IMG/VR virus record: IMGVR_UViG_3300005095_000010 | Coordinates: 1 to 57,561 of that record | Length of the DNA: 57,561 nucleotides | Direction: 5' to 3' (one strand) | Source of the DNA: a virus | Taxonomy: Duplodnaviria > Caudoviricetes | Part shown: in pieces, positions 27,154-38,000 of the stretch | Layout of the letters: the number at the start of each line of letters is the position of its first letter | How positions within the stretch are numbered: the stretch's first letter is position 1 | Position numbers and translations under genes: made by a program | Notes under the pieces: model-generated | What the model was told of the DNA's origin: nothing | Databases searched by the model: none | What the model saw: the letters and a program-made list of their open reading frames with translations, nothing else

Positions 27154-27417
27154 ATGGTCGTACTAAAATACACAGGAAAAGGTATCATCAGTCGTGGTAT
27201 TCACTTTTCTCCTACATACAATGCTGGGTTATACGATGTGCCTAAAGAGGACGCAGACTATCTACTAGCTACTTTCCCAAAACATTTCGTACTTATTGAG
27301 AAAAAAGCTTCTACAAAAACTGAAGAAGTTGAGAAGACTACCACAAAAGAGCCAGAAGCAAAGCCTGCAAGAAAAAGACGTACTCGTAAAAAAGCGGAGA
27401 CAGAAGCAAAAGAGTAA
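27154..27417 (+). CDS. hypothetical late protein with basic C-tail
   Basis: 87-aa ORF; CGATATA upstream. Confidence 0.7.
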   Translation: MVVLKYTGKGIISRGIHFSPTYNAGLYDVPKEDADYLLATFPKHFVLIEKKASTKTEEVEKTTTKEPEAKPARKRRTRKKAETEAKE

Positions 27418-27426
27418 AGGATTACT

Positions 27427-27978
27427 ATGATTTTAGAAGAACTGCTACAAGAGTTGAAGCAGTATCTACGCATAGAGCAGGACGATACAGAGCAGGATGA
27501 TTACCTAAAATCATTCTGTGAGGCTGCTGATGGGTACATATCTGCACAATACAACTTCAATATTATAACAAAACCTGTAACTAGCAAACAAATGCTTACC
27601 GCTTCACGAAGGAATAAGTTATATTTACCTAAAGTCCCTGTAATTGCTGATAGTGTTGAAATAACAAAGCCAGACAATACATTAGAGACTACTCCGTTTA
27701 CACTAATAGGTGGTGCTATTATATTTGATGAGCCTATTGATTATATGTTTGGAGTGTATACTATAACTTACTCATCTGGTACAGTAGATTCTGTAGAAAA
27801 TAGAGGAGATATTGAGCATTGTATTCAATTAGCCGCATGGTTGTACAGAATAGCGGATAAAGGTTTGGAAGGTATAGACCAGATTTCCACTGGTGTTAAG
27901 GAAAGTGCAAAAATGTTTGCTGGTATTCCTAAGAATATTACTACCTATTTTGAATCAAGACAACCAATAAGGCTATAA
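27427..27978 (+). CDS. head-tail adaptor
   Basis: ELKQYLRIE..D..QDDYL N-terminus typical of gp6/gp15-type connectors. Confidence 0.75.
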   Translation: MILEELLQELKQYLRIEQDDTEQDDYLKSFCEAADGYISAQYNFNIITKPVTSKQMLTASRRNKLYLPKVPVIADSVEITKPDNTLETTPFTLIGGAIIFDEPIDYMFGVYTITYSSGTVDSVENRGDIEHCIQLAAWLYRIADKGLEGIDQISTGVKESAKMFAGIPKNITTYFESRQPIRL

Positions 27979-27979
27979 A

Positions 27980-28459
27980 ATGGCTACAGGTACTTGGGAG
28001 CAAGGTATTGGTAGAAAAATATGGAAGAATATACGTCTTGACATTAACAAGTACCAGCAACACCTTGCAAAAGGTTACGCTGATAGTGCAAGAAGGCAAT
28101 TATCATCTTGGGAAAGGGCAGTTGAGAGAGTATTAAGTGACCCTTTGGGGAAAGAAGATTGGCATGGTATTAGAGACCCATCAAGAAAATTCCCATACCT
28201 AAATACTGGTACACAAGTAAATAGTATTTCGTCTGGTGTTACATTCAAATCTACTGGACAAGGTAATTTTTCCATTACCTCATGGGCAGAGATAGAGGTA
28301 CCTTATGCTGCTTTCACAAGTTTGGGTTATAAGCCAAGAAAAGATGGTAAGAAACCTAACTGGATTGGGTGGATGGATGATGTATTTAAAGGCACCAGAG
28401 GATTTAACTCTGTTGAGGACATTTTTGAGCTACTAACATTAGAAAGGGCAGGATTATGA
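27980..28459 (+). CDS. tail completion/neck protein (putative)
   Basis: NTG...SI and VPYA motifs; position. Confidence 0.55.
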   Translation: MATGTWEQGIGRKIWKNIRLDINKYQQHLAKGYADSARRQLSSWERAVERVLSDPLGKEDWHGIRDPSRKFPYLNTGTQVNSISSGVTFKSTGQGNFSITSWAEIEVPYAAFTSLGYKPRKDGKKPNWIGWMDDVFKGTRGFNSVEDIFELLTLERAGL

Positions 28460-28869
28460 GTATTAGACAAGACTCAGTTGAGGAGTTAGCAGCTGATTTT
28501 GCTGCATCACCCTCATTTAAGCACGTTTATAAAAATATAGTACCAGTGTGGACAAAAGTAAATAATACTCCATCTGTTGCTATACTATATAGCGAAGAGT
28601 ACGCAGATAGAGACTCTCTGACAAGCAATAAAATTAAATATAACGGTACTATTTTAGTATACATCTATAATAAACAATCATCTGCAAAATATGAAGATAT
28701 CTTATCAGATTTGATAGAGGAAGCTCAAACTATAGTCATGGAAAATACATATCTTCAGTGTAATACAGTTGAGTGTATTGTTAGTGAGCTTAAAAAAGAT
28801 GGTGGTACCGTGCATCCGTGGGCAATAGCACAACTCAAAATACGGATAAAATATATTCATAGGATTTAG
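28456..28869 (+). CDS. tail terminator (putative)
   Basis: Size and position in the neck cluster. Confidence 0.55.
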   Translation: MSIRQDSVEELAADFAASPSFKHVYKNIVPVWTKVNNTPSVAILYSEEYADRDSLTSNKIKYNGTILVYIYNKQSSAKYEDILSDLIEEAQTIVMENTYLQCNTVECIVSELKKDGGTVHPWAIAQLKIRIKYIHRI

Positions 28870-28912
28870 CATATACCGATATACAATAAATGATTGTATA
28901 AAGGAAGCCTAA

Positions 28913-30103
28913 ATGCTATATAAACAAATAACTTTTCAAATAGAAGTGCCAGTTTCCGTTGATTGGGGAGATGGTAATGTAATTCAATACCCTGCGGGGG
29001 AAATTACTGGTACTCCTAAAGGAGAAGTTATTATAACTTCCACTGAACCAGTGGAGGAAATTAACTTCTTAACAGATACAATTTCACAAGCTGCTTTTGA
29101 CGAAGCTGCTGATTATAAGTATGCAAACGAATTATTTAAAGATAAGAGAAACATTCAAGTAGTTTACTTTGATAAAAACAGTCCAATAGTAACAACAAGG
29201 CAAGCATTTGCTAATAGTGGGATTATATACCATGCTGATATGGCTCATCACAGACCACAGCAGTTACAATACATGCATTTACATGCCCATAGATTACAGT
29301 GTGTAGAGGGATTAGACACCAGACATGCGTTTAATGCTTATGGATTATTTGAAGATACACCACTATTAAAGCACCCAAGACCTTTTGAAATTGCTGCACT
29401 AGAGGACACAAATGCTGGTGGATGTCATTATGAGAATACTTTTCAATGTGTATACCCTGTATTTCATAACAACTTCTCACTTTCTAAGGTTCAGTTCGAG
29501 GAAAGTATAAAGCTGCCCGATGGGTATGAGATGTATTACCCATTTCTGAATGGCATAGTCCAGACCCCTAAAAGATATAGTCATTATGTCAGAGGATGCC
29601 ATGTAAACCCTGATAGTCTTTATTTTGATGGTAATAGAGATTACATTATTGTACATTATTCACCACAATATGACCAAGGTACTGCAACTGTTTGGGTAAA
29701 ACGTAGAAGTGATGGTAGGAATTATGATACTATCTTTGCCGAATCTGGTTCTGCTTCTCAATTGATAGCATGGATACCTTCTGATAATAAATTATGGTTT
29801 CAACTTGATGGTAGTTACAAGGGCAGGTGTGCAAGCAGTGTGACTATACCTGAGAATGTTTGGACACATATAGCAGTTACTTATAGTACAACTGATGTTG
29901 TTTTATATATTAATGGTGAAGTTGTTGGAGGTGTTGACAATGTTGCAATGTCTGGGGGGTTCTGGCAAAGAGCACATGATAACCTATCTATTGGTGGCAG
30001 TCCTTATGCAACAAGTATGTACGGGTGGTTAAAGCATTTTAGATGGTACAATAAAGTGCTCTCACAAGATGAAATAAAAGTTATTTATAATTCGGGGGTA
30101 TAG
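28913..30103 (+). CDS. virion protein with C-terminal LamG/ConA-like domain
   Basis: VDWGDG N-terminus; WTHIAVTY....LYING and WYNKVLSQDEI motifs. Confidence 0.75.
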   Translation: MLYKQITFQIEVPVSVDWGDGNVIQYPAGEITGTPKGEVIITSTEPVEEINFLTDTISQAAFDEAADYKYANELFKDKRNIQVVYFDKNSPIVTTRQAFANSGIIYHADMAHHRPQQLQYMHLHAHRLQCVEGLDTRHAFNAYGLFEDTPLLKHPRPFEIAALEDTNAGGCHYENTFQCVYPVFHNNFSLSKVQFEESIKLPDGYEMYYPFLNGIVQTPKRYSHYVRGCHVNPDSLYFDGNRDYIIVHYSPQYDQGTATVWVKRRSDGRNYDTIFAESGSASQLIAWIPSDNKLWFQLDGSYKGRCASSVTIPENVWTHIAVTYSTTDVVLYINGEVVGGVDNVAMSGGFWQRAHDNLSIGGSPYATSMYGWLKHFRWYNKVLSQDEIKVIYNSGV

Positions 30104-30104
30104 T

Positions 30105-32747
30105 ATGGGTCATTATATTGAAAATGGTACAATAATTACTACCACAAGTGATGTTGAGTTAACCCATACTGAGCAGCAAGTAGATGGTTATGAGCAATTT
30201 GTAGCAGCTAAAAGAGTAGTGATAGAAGAAGGTATACCAGCTTTTACAGATTATGGGCAGGAGTTTATAAATGTAATCCCTCCTATGATTAATAATGGCT
30301 CTCCAAACGGTGAGGTGTATTCATCTACAGGGTTAGAGACAAAAGTAGAGGCTTATAAAGCTTTTTCAAGAGACCCCAGCACTATGTTGCGATGGAGTAG
30401 TAAAAGTGGTTGGTTAAAGTATGATGCTCAAGATACTATATTTATAGCTAGGTATGTGTTAACCACCCCATATTCAGGGGATGCCAATGCCTTACCAAAA
30501 TCATGGAAAGTACTTGGCTCAGCTGATGATAGAAACTGGGTAGTTATTGACAGTCGTTATAATAAAACACTAGATTTAGGTACTAGGTATGCTTTCGAGT
30601 GTATTGCACCACATGGGTATAGATATATTAAAATTGAATGGAGTGACACAAGAGGTAATGTAGGGTACTCTTTATTTTCTACAATAGATTTTTATGGTGT
30701 TGTAAGATTAGCATTTGATTTCGATTTCGATGCTACGGAGCCAGTTGGTATGTTACATACAGAGCACCAAGAAGAGTTAACACATTTTCCTAGTGTGTAT
30801 AAGTTTCCTAAACTTGATGATATCGACCCATTTGGAGATGCATCACAACTTTGTTATTATAAATTAGATGGTGATTTAAATGATTCAATAACTGGCGTCC
30901 CTTTAAATACATATAGCATAACTCCAAGTTATGTTGAAGCCGATGACGGCTCAAAGGCACTAAACTTAGCAGGTGTAAATTCCTATTATTCATCCTACTT
31001 ATCAACACCCGATAAACTACCTCTGAATAATTTAGAGGGTGTGACTGTATGTGCGTGGGTAAAACAAACATTTTTTGATTATGATTTCTACCAATGTATT
31101 TGGACTATTACAACAAACAGGACTTGTAGCACAAGTGATAATTGTCGTATACAAAGCTTGTGGTTTAAAGACCATGATTCTACAGTACTTCATGGGTCTG
31201 TAATGTCCAATGGTGTTGACATTTCATGTGATACCCCCAGACATAGCGGCAGTACCGAAGAATGGATGTTTTTAGTAGTACGACAAACTGTAAGTGGTTT
31301 TGAAGTGCTAATTGATGGAAAAATACAGGCTGGTAGGGAGACTTACGCAACTGCTAGTATTATAAAAGATGGTTACTTAAATATCAGTGCATACAGACAG
31401 TATGCTAATTTCTATATAAAAGATGTGAGAGTATTTAATAAATACTTGGATGATTCACAATTAGCCAGAATACAGTTTGAGGGAAGGACTGTAGCTAGGC
31501 TTAGAGGTAATAGGATGCCGAAAGCCTTCACATTATTTGATAACTCCCATAAAATAAATGGTAAGGAACTACCATTAAATATTACTTCTTTTGAGGTCTT
31601 GAAAGAGCGTAAAAAATTTAGGTTTATAGATTATAGAATGACTGATGGCAATAGTATAAATAGTAATATTGCCATAGTTGAAGTTCAAGCACTAGCAGAT
31701 GATTTTACAGACATATCTAATGGCTCTCCAGTCTTAGTAGACCGTTCTGGCAATGGACACAAAGACTATATCACAGATGGGGACATTGATGCAAATCATT
31801 ATTACTCAGCAAATGCTAGTAGTGCTTATGTGCGTATTGATTTAGGGGAGCCAAAAGATATAAGATATATTCAAAATTGGAATTATTATGGGGATGGTAG
31901 GTATTATAAAAATGTGAGGGTGGCTTTAACCAATACCCCGTCACGTAGTTACACTACTGCTGATTATTATATCACACATGCTACCGAGTATCATGGTGTA
32001 TATACCGAAACAAGTGCTGGACACATAACCTCTAATTTGGCTTACAACTATATCTTTAAAGTTACTTTTGAGGTTGAGGATGTGGTATACCCGCCAGAAT
32101 ACACCAAAACTGTTGTCTTGAGATATCCAAGGGCTGGCAGTAGACTTTACAATATATTCTTTGAAGTGCAGAGAAATTTGTGGCATATAAAGCCAAGATT
32201 ATCTAAATCTATCAAAGAATCTATGCAAGTATTTGATACAGGAAATATGGTATTTCCTAGAAGAAAGATAGTAGTTGATGCGATAGCTATCGACGATATG
32301 CCTAAAGAATATTATCCACCATTCAAAGGTACTACAGATTTCTCTGATATAGCTGATAATGTTAGTTATAAGAAGGTCATTGGTACAGCTAAGTCTACTG
32401 TGGAGCAGGACTCATTGTTTGAGTTCACTTCTCACATAATTGCGGGGTCTGGGCAATACAATACAATAGTCAAAGTAATAAATGAAAATTGTAAGCCAAC
32501 TGACCACAGTAGTAAAGATATTCGATATAATTTATGTGGTGAAGATACAGGTAGGAAATTTCCTCCTATGGAATATGTTTACACTTCAGAAGTAGTATTT
32601 ATTACTTTTGGAAGGTATCATAATGCACCTACTGATAAAGAGGAAATAGAGGAAAATATCACTAATATAGTAGTTGTTGGTACTGTAGCCCCAACTGATG
32701 TAGAAAATAGTGATGTTGAAGAAAATATCGTCCATATAATTTCATAG
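30105..32747 (+). CDS. multi-domain lectin-like virion protein (discoidin F5/8, LamG, F5/8)
   Basis: PKSWKVLGSADDRNWVVID...YRYIKI; YYKLDGDLND...IKDVRVFNKYL; YVRIDLGE. Confidence 0.7.
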   Translation: MGHYIENGTIITTTSDVELTHTEQQVDGYEQFVAAKRVVIEEGIPAFTDYGQEFINVIPPMINNGSPNGEVYSSTGLETKVEAYKAFSRDPSTMLRWSSKSGWLKYDAQDTIFIARYVLTTPYSGDANALPKSWKVLGSADDRNWVVIDSRYNKTLDLGTRYAFECIAPHGYRYIKIEWSDTRGNVGYSLFSTIDFYGVVRLAFDFDFDATEPVGMLHTEHQEELTHFPSVYKFPKLDDIDPFGDASQLCYYKLDGDLNDSITGVPLNTYSITPSYVEADDGSKALNLAGVNSYYSSYLSTPDKLPLNNLEGVTVCAWVKQTFFDYDFYQCIWTITTNRTCSTSDNCRIQSLWFKDHDSTVLHGSVMSNGVDISCDTPRHSGSTEEWMFLVVRQTVSGFEVLIDGKIQAGRETYATASIIKDGYLNISAYRQYANFYIKDVRVFNKYLDDSQLARIQFEGRTVARLRGNRMPKAFTLFDNSHKINGKELPLNITSFEVLKERKKFRFIDYRMTDGNSINSNIAIVEVQALADDFTDISNGSPVLVDRSGNGHKDYITDGDIDANHYYSANASSAYVRIDLGEPKDIRYIQNWNYYGDGRYYKNVRVALTNTPSRSYTTADYYITHATEYHGVYTETSAGHITSNLAYNYIFKVTFEVEDVVYPPEYTKTVVLRYPRAGSRLYNIFFEVQRNLWHIKPRLSKSIKESMQVFDTGNMVFPRRKIVVDAIAIDDMPKEYYPPFKGTTDFSDIADNVSYKKVIGTAKSTVEQDSLFEFTSHIIAGSGQYNTIVKVINENCKPTDHSSKDIRYNLCGEDTGRKFPPMEYVYTSEVVFITFGRYHNAPTDKEEIEENITNIVVVGTVAPTDVENSDVEENIVHIIS

Positions 32748-32800
32748 ACAGTGTATGATTTTTAGGACGATATATATGAAAAGAATATAAAAGGACATAC

Positions 32801-33841
32801 ATGAGCTATAGAAGTACGAGTGCGGTGTACGCAGTCATTAAAGAAACTACTTTTAACAGTGGTGGTACATTTACAGACAGTGATGTTGTAGAAGTAACAT
32901 CTGATACTGCTCTGAAGCCAGAGATTGATGCGATTGAGCGTAAAGCTGTTTCCAATTCATTCCTGTCTTCTCCAAAACTGCCGGGGAAAGAATCTGGTTC
33001 TGGTACATTTGCCGTTGAGCTTATCCCAGTTGGAGGCACAAATAATGATATCAATGGAGCAGTTATTCTCGAAGTTGCTCTAGGAAGTAGAGAGGATGCT
33101 GGTGCAGACTCTGGAGCACTTATCGGGGTTAGTGATGCAAGTGGCACACCAGCTAATATGATTTATGAGGTACAATCTGGGGAAACTGGTGAAGCCGTAC
33201 TTTATAAACTAAATAAACCTTGTGGTGGTCAAGATAGTCTTGCTATCAAACAATTCCTTGGGTGTGATACTTCTGATTCTCAGATTATTACATATACTGG
33301 TATTGTTCCTAACTCTGTTACATTTGACTTCCCTGTTGCTGATATTGCAACTGTGTCGTTTGACACTGGGGCTGCTGGATTTGGTACAGCGTCTGGTGAA
33401 GCAATTCTACCATCAGTTTATATTTCTGCAAACCCTTACGTTGGTAAGAATGCGAAATTTACTGTTGATAATGTGGCGTATGAGGCAAAAGACCTCCAGT
33501 TTACTATTGAGAACACCGTTTCTGACAGAGAGGCACTTACAAGTTCTGGTATTACTGATAAAGTAATTACTGCAAAAATGGTTAAAGGTTCCCTGACAGT
33601 TACCTTTGAAAACTATGATGAACTTAATAAGTTTAAAAACTCTGTAGATGCGGCTATTTATCTTGAAATGACTTCTACAGACGGTGCAGATTCTTTCAAA
33701 TTTGCAATCTACCTACCAAGAGTTAGATATACCGCAGTTGGTATTGAAGACGATGATGGGGTACTTGCAAACAAGATTGAGTTTGAGGGTTATGAAGACG
33801 CTAATGGCGAAGCCCTGTTTATTGCACATCAAAAAGTGTAA
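32801..33841 (+). CDS. major tail tube protein
   Basis: Position before chaperones and TMP; beta-rich; hairpin after the stop. Confidence 0.75.
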   Translation: MSYRSTSAVYAVIKETTFNSGGTFTDSDVVEVTSDTALKPEIDAIERKAVSNSFLSSPKLPGKESGSGTFAVELIPVGGTNNDINGAVILEVALGSREDAGADSGALIGVSDASGTPANMIYEVQSGETGEAVLYKLNKPCGGQDSLAIKQFLGCDTSDSQIITYTGIVPNSVTFDFPVADIATVSFDTGAAGFGTASGEAILPSVYISANPYVGKNAKFTVDNVAYEAKDLQFTIENTVSDREALTSSGITDKVITAKMVKGSLTVTFENYDELNKFKNSVDAAIYLEMTSTDGADSFKFAIYLPRVRYTAVGIEDDDGVLANKIEFEGYEDANGEALFIAHQKV

Positions 33842-33958
33842 TGCACTGTGAGGGCTCTGCCCTCATTATAATAACATTTAACAATTTCTCCCCAAAATAC
33901 TACAATACCCCTTCTATTTTCACGATATATAAATAAATAAAACAAAAGGATACCACTT

Positions 33959-34399
33959 ATGGCTATTACTATTAAACAAACAGCAGAAACTTATGAGTTT
34001 ATTCCACTTTCTGAAAGAATGGAGAAAGACCCATTTACAGTAACTATTAAAAGATTGCCTCCAAGACAATTTACAATTTTGGAAGATAAAATGGCTAAAA
34101 TCAACCAAGATGAGTCAATTTCATTTACAACTGGTACATTTAACTGGGCTGTTATCAAGAAGGGTCTGGTTGATTGGAAAAATATGCTTGATGAGGATGG
34201 AAAGCCAATTCTTCCTACAAAAAGTGGTAAAGGTGAGATTGTAGATGAATCACTTGACCTATTACCACTAGAATTGATTAGCGAGATTGCTAATACCATT
34301 GTCAGTATCTCTAAAGACCCTGACAATATTGATATTTACCTTGGCAACTTTAAACAAACTACAAAGGGTAAAACAGATGGAGAAAAACAGAGTAAGTAA
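33959..34399 (+). CDS. tail assembly chaperone
   Basis: LVDWKN..DEDGK motif; position. Confidence 0.7.
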   Translation: MAITIKQTAETYEFIPLSERMEKDPFTVTIKRLPPRQFTILEDKMAKINQDESISFTTGTFNWAVIKKGLVDWKNMLDEDGKPILPTKSGKGEIVDESLDLLPLELISEIANTIVSISKDPDNIDIYLGNFKQTTKGKTDGEKQSK

Positions 34400-35051
34400 A
34401 GGGATATACTATTTTATTCCAGACCGTTACGAAAACTCTGTTGACTTTCAAATAACCTTCAGGGCTCTATCTTACAAAGAGATGGATGCCCTAACTTCCT
34501 TCCTAGAAACTGGCAGACATAACTTATTTGCATACCAAGTATGTAAGACGGCTATCATAGAGATAGAAGATGAGTTAGGTGCCACACACTCCTTAACCTC
34601 CCTCTCCCCAGAGATTATAACAGAAACATCCAACAAAATATTAGAGATGTCGTCATTACCAGCAGAAGAATATGAAAAACTACAATTAACTATAACTATT
34701 GCATTTGATGATACTTTTAAAACTGACTCATGGAAATGTGAAGTTTGTAGGTATAAAAAATTAGATAGGATACGTAATTGTGGTTTTAGAGGTGAAAAGG
34801 ACGGTGGCAATGACTTTTCAGTAATGGTTGGGGGGCAGTTATATAAGCACTGTCCGATATATGAATTAGAGCCAAAGCTACTAGATGCGGCTTTGGAAAG
34901 CTACTCAATGTATGATAAAAATTTGTTGCCAGATGATGGTGGGCTTTATGACCAAACTAAATTTTTTGTTATCTCTTCAAGATTAGTCACTCAAAAATTA
35001 AAAGAGGAAGAGATGAAAGAGTTAAAGAAACAACAGAGAAAAGGAAAATAA
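34377..35051 (+). CDS. second tail assembly chaperone-like protein with Cys cluster
   Basis: Start moved to ATG 34377; CEVC..C..HC and LPDDGGLYDQ. Confidence 0.6.
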   Translation: MEKNRVSKGIYYFIPDRYENSVDFQITFRALSYKEMDALTSFLETGRHNLFAYQVCKTAIIEIEDELGATHSLTSLSPEIITETSNKILEMSSLPAEEYEKLQLTITIAFDDTFKTDSWKCEVCRYKKLDRIRNCGFRGEKDGGNDFSVMVGGQLYKHCPIYELEPKLLDAALESYSMYDKNLLPDDGGLYDQTKFFVISSRLVTQKLKEEEMKELKKQQRKGK

Positions 35052-35052
35052 T

Positions 35053-38000
35053 ATGAATGCTGAGCACGGTAAAACATATATAGTTGATGTACAGATGGCT
35101 CTATCTGGTACAAAAGCTATGAGAAATAAACTTGTAAACACAATGTCAGATATTTCAAAAGTCAAAAAGGAGATTTCTGATTTGGGAATAGGTAAGATTT
35201 TTGAAGACCAGATTTCCAACCTACAAAACCGTGTTTCATCTTCATTCACAGAACTTAACAATTACATCACAGAATACCAAAGAAAGCTTAAAGAGATTGA
35301 TAGAGCAAAATTAGGCGGGGCTGATGTCACAGAGCTAGAATTATCATTAGATGATTCAGCTGAGGAAATGATTGCTAAATACAAAGAATATCTAAGTATT
35401 GTTGCAGATACTACAATAGAAGTAGAGAGATTGAAGCAAGTTAGTAAATCATCTATAGCATCTCAAGAAGCAGAGATATTAAAGACTATAACTCTTATGG
35501 AGAAATATGGAGTCAGTATTAGGCAAGCTGATTTAGCGTACCAGCAAGCTGCTCAAAAGGCTGAAGTTGCTAATAGTGCAGCACCACTAGCCAAATATAA
35601 CCAAGAACTTACAAAGAGATATGAACAACTTTCTAAAATTAGAGAGTTGCAGAATACTATGCAGTCTCTTGGGCTTGACTCATCAAAAGCAGCAGAATAT
35701 AGAGCAGAGTTGGCACGCATTGAAGATATATATGCAGACTTCTCAAAGCCAATAAAAGAAGCCGATGTTTTATTCAAAAACTTGAAACTTTCCCCAAAGC
35801 TAATAGCAGATATGGAGGCAGCCTCTAAATATGCTAAAGATTTGGGAACTGACCTTCAAAAGGCTATTAGCAAGAGTTCAGACCCTAAGGCTATAAGGGA
35901 GTTGCTAGAACTTCAAAAGAAGCTTGAAAAGGAGCAGCAAAATCTTGTAAAAGGCGGTAAAGAAGAGTATTCTATTGCTAAGAAAAACATTTCTGTAATT
36001 GATGAGCGTTATAAGAAGTATAAACAGCTAAATGAGCATGCAGATAGGTTGTTACAACTAACCAATGATGAGAAAAACCTTCAAAATGGTGTATCTGATG
36101 CAGTTGGTAAAGTAATTGATAAACTAAGAGCCGCTGCATTAGAGCAATTCGACTTATCAAAAAGTACCAGAGAGCATAATGGTATTCTTAAAGAAGCCTT
36201 AACTTTTGAATCACAACTTAACTCCAGCTTAAAAGAAAAAAATGGGTTAGAGATTAAACTTTTGAATCTCCAAACAAAACTTAATGAAAAATTGAGTGAA
36301 ATTAATAGGGTTATGAAACAGAAAGCCCCTTATGCTACTAAAAAGTCTTTGGAAGAGGCTAAAGCTGTTGCTAAGGAGCTAGAAAAAGAGATTGATAGTG
36401 TTGGTAATAAATTACAAGAAGTAAGAGGTATTGGTGCTATAGATGGCAACATAGACTCACACGCTATTAAAGTACAAAAAGCAGAGGTAGAGAAACTAAA
36501 TAGAAAATACTCAGAGACCTCTTTAAGAATAAAAGAAGTTAAGGCTAATTTGGCAGAACTTAGTCAAATTAAGTGGGGCGGTAATATCCTAAAGAGGGCT
36601 GTAGCGTATGCTTCTATGTACGCTGGTATTTATGAAGTTATCAGTGTTATGCGTAAAGGTGTTACTGCTGTTGTTGAATATGATACTCAAATGCGTACTA
36701 TTCAAGCAGTATTTGATGTTACTGGTAACACAGCAAAAAATCTTGCAGATAATATGCTGGCTCTTGGTAGAGCTTGGGGTGGTAGTGTGCAAGATATCAA
36801 TGAAGCGGCACTTGCACTAGGACGTGCTGGTATTGCAACTGAGAAGGTAACAGAAGCCACAGAAGTGGTCATTAAAATGGCTAAACTTACTGGTGATAGT
36901 ATTGCAGTTTCTGCAAGTGCTGTTATTACATACCAACAGGTATTTGGAGATACACATCCAATCCTAAAAGAGGTAGGTGACCAGTTGGCTTATGTGGCTA
37001 ACCAATCACGTCTCAGCACACAAGATATTGGTACTTTTTCAAACTACGCACTTGCAGCTGCCAAATCAGCTGGGCTTAGTATGGAAGCAATCAACGCAAT
37101 GGCTACATCATTCTCAAATGCTGGTGTTAATGCGTCAACAATCGGTACACAGATTCGTAGATTTTCATCATTGATGCGAGATAATTCTACAGCTGCTAAA
37201 GAGTTTTTCTTAAAGATTGGCACAACTCAAGAAGCATTTGCAGCACAAATGCAAAGAGGTAAGAAAAGTGCTGATGAGGCAATGACATGGATTGCAAACA
37301 GACTTAAAAGTTTGAGTAATGAAGAGTTCCAAAAAACTATCCAAGGTATGGATATTCTTGCATCAAACTCAATTACCCTATTGAGAAACAACGCAGACGA
37401 GTTTCTTAGACACTTTCAAACACTTAATGAGGGAGTGCAGGGAGAGATTGACAAAGCTAACTTGATTTCTGATGGATATCAAGCATCTTTTGAGAAAATG
37501 AAGATTGCTGCATCAGACGCTTTTATTGCAATAAGTGAGACAGCCGCACCTGTAGTGCAGGGTATGCTAGACTCTATGGCTGAATACTTTGATTACATAA
37601 AAGCTCACAAAACAGAAGTTGTAGCTGCCATTGATAGTATTTTGAATACTGCTAAATGGGTGGCAATATCAGCAATAATTGTAAAAGTCGTTAATGCTTT
37701 AAGTCTATTTAGCTCAAATGTTGGCGGGTTACTTAGCAAAATCTTGCCAGTTACTGCTGCTGTTGAGGCTTTAAGTGCGGGATTCTTGGCAGCTGCTGGG
37801 GCTGTGAGAGCATTTTTAGCAACTAACCCTGTAGGGTGGGCGATATTAGCTACTGGAGCTATTGCTGGAGCTGCTATATCAATTTACGATTATGCAACTG
37901 CTGTTGATAAAGCGGCAGAAGCTCAAAAGAATTATAGAACTGTGCAAGATGATATAAAAGCTGCTGAAAAAACAGTTTCAGAAAACAGAAAAGAACTTGG

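Noticed and set aside
34340-34399. -1 frameshift at TTTAAAC between tail chaperones
   Set aside because: The heptamer is not in X XXY YYZ phase and the downstream ORF is in the +1 frame.
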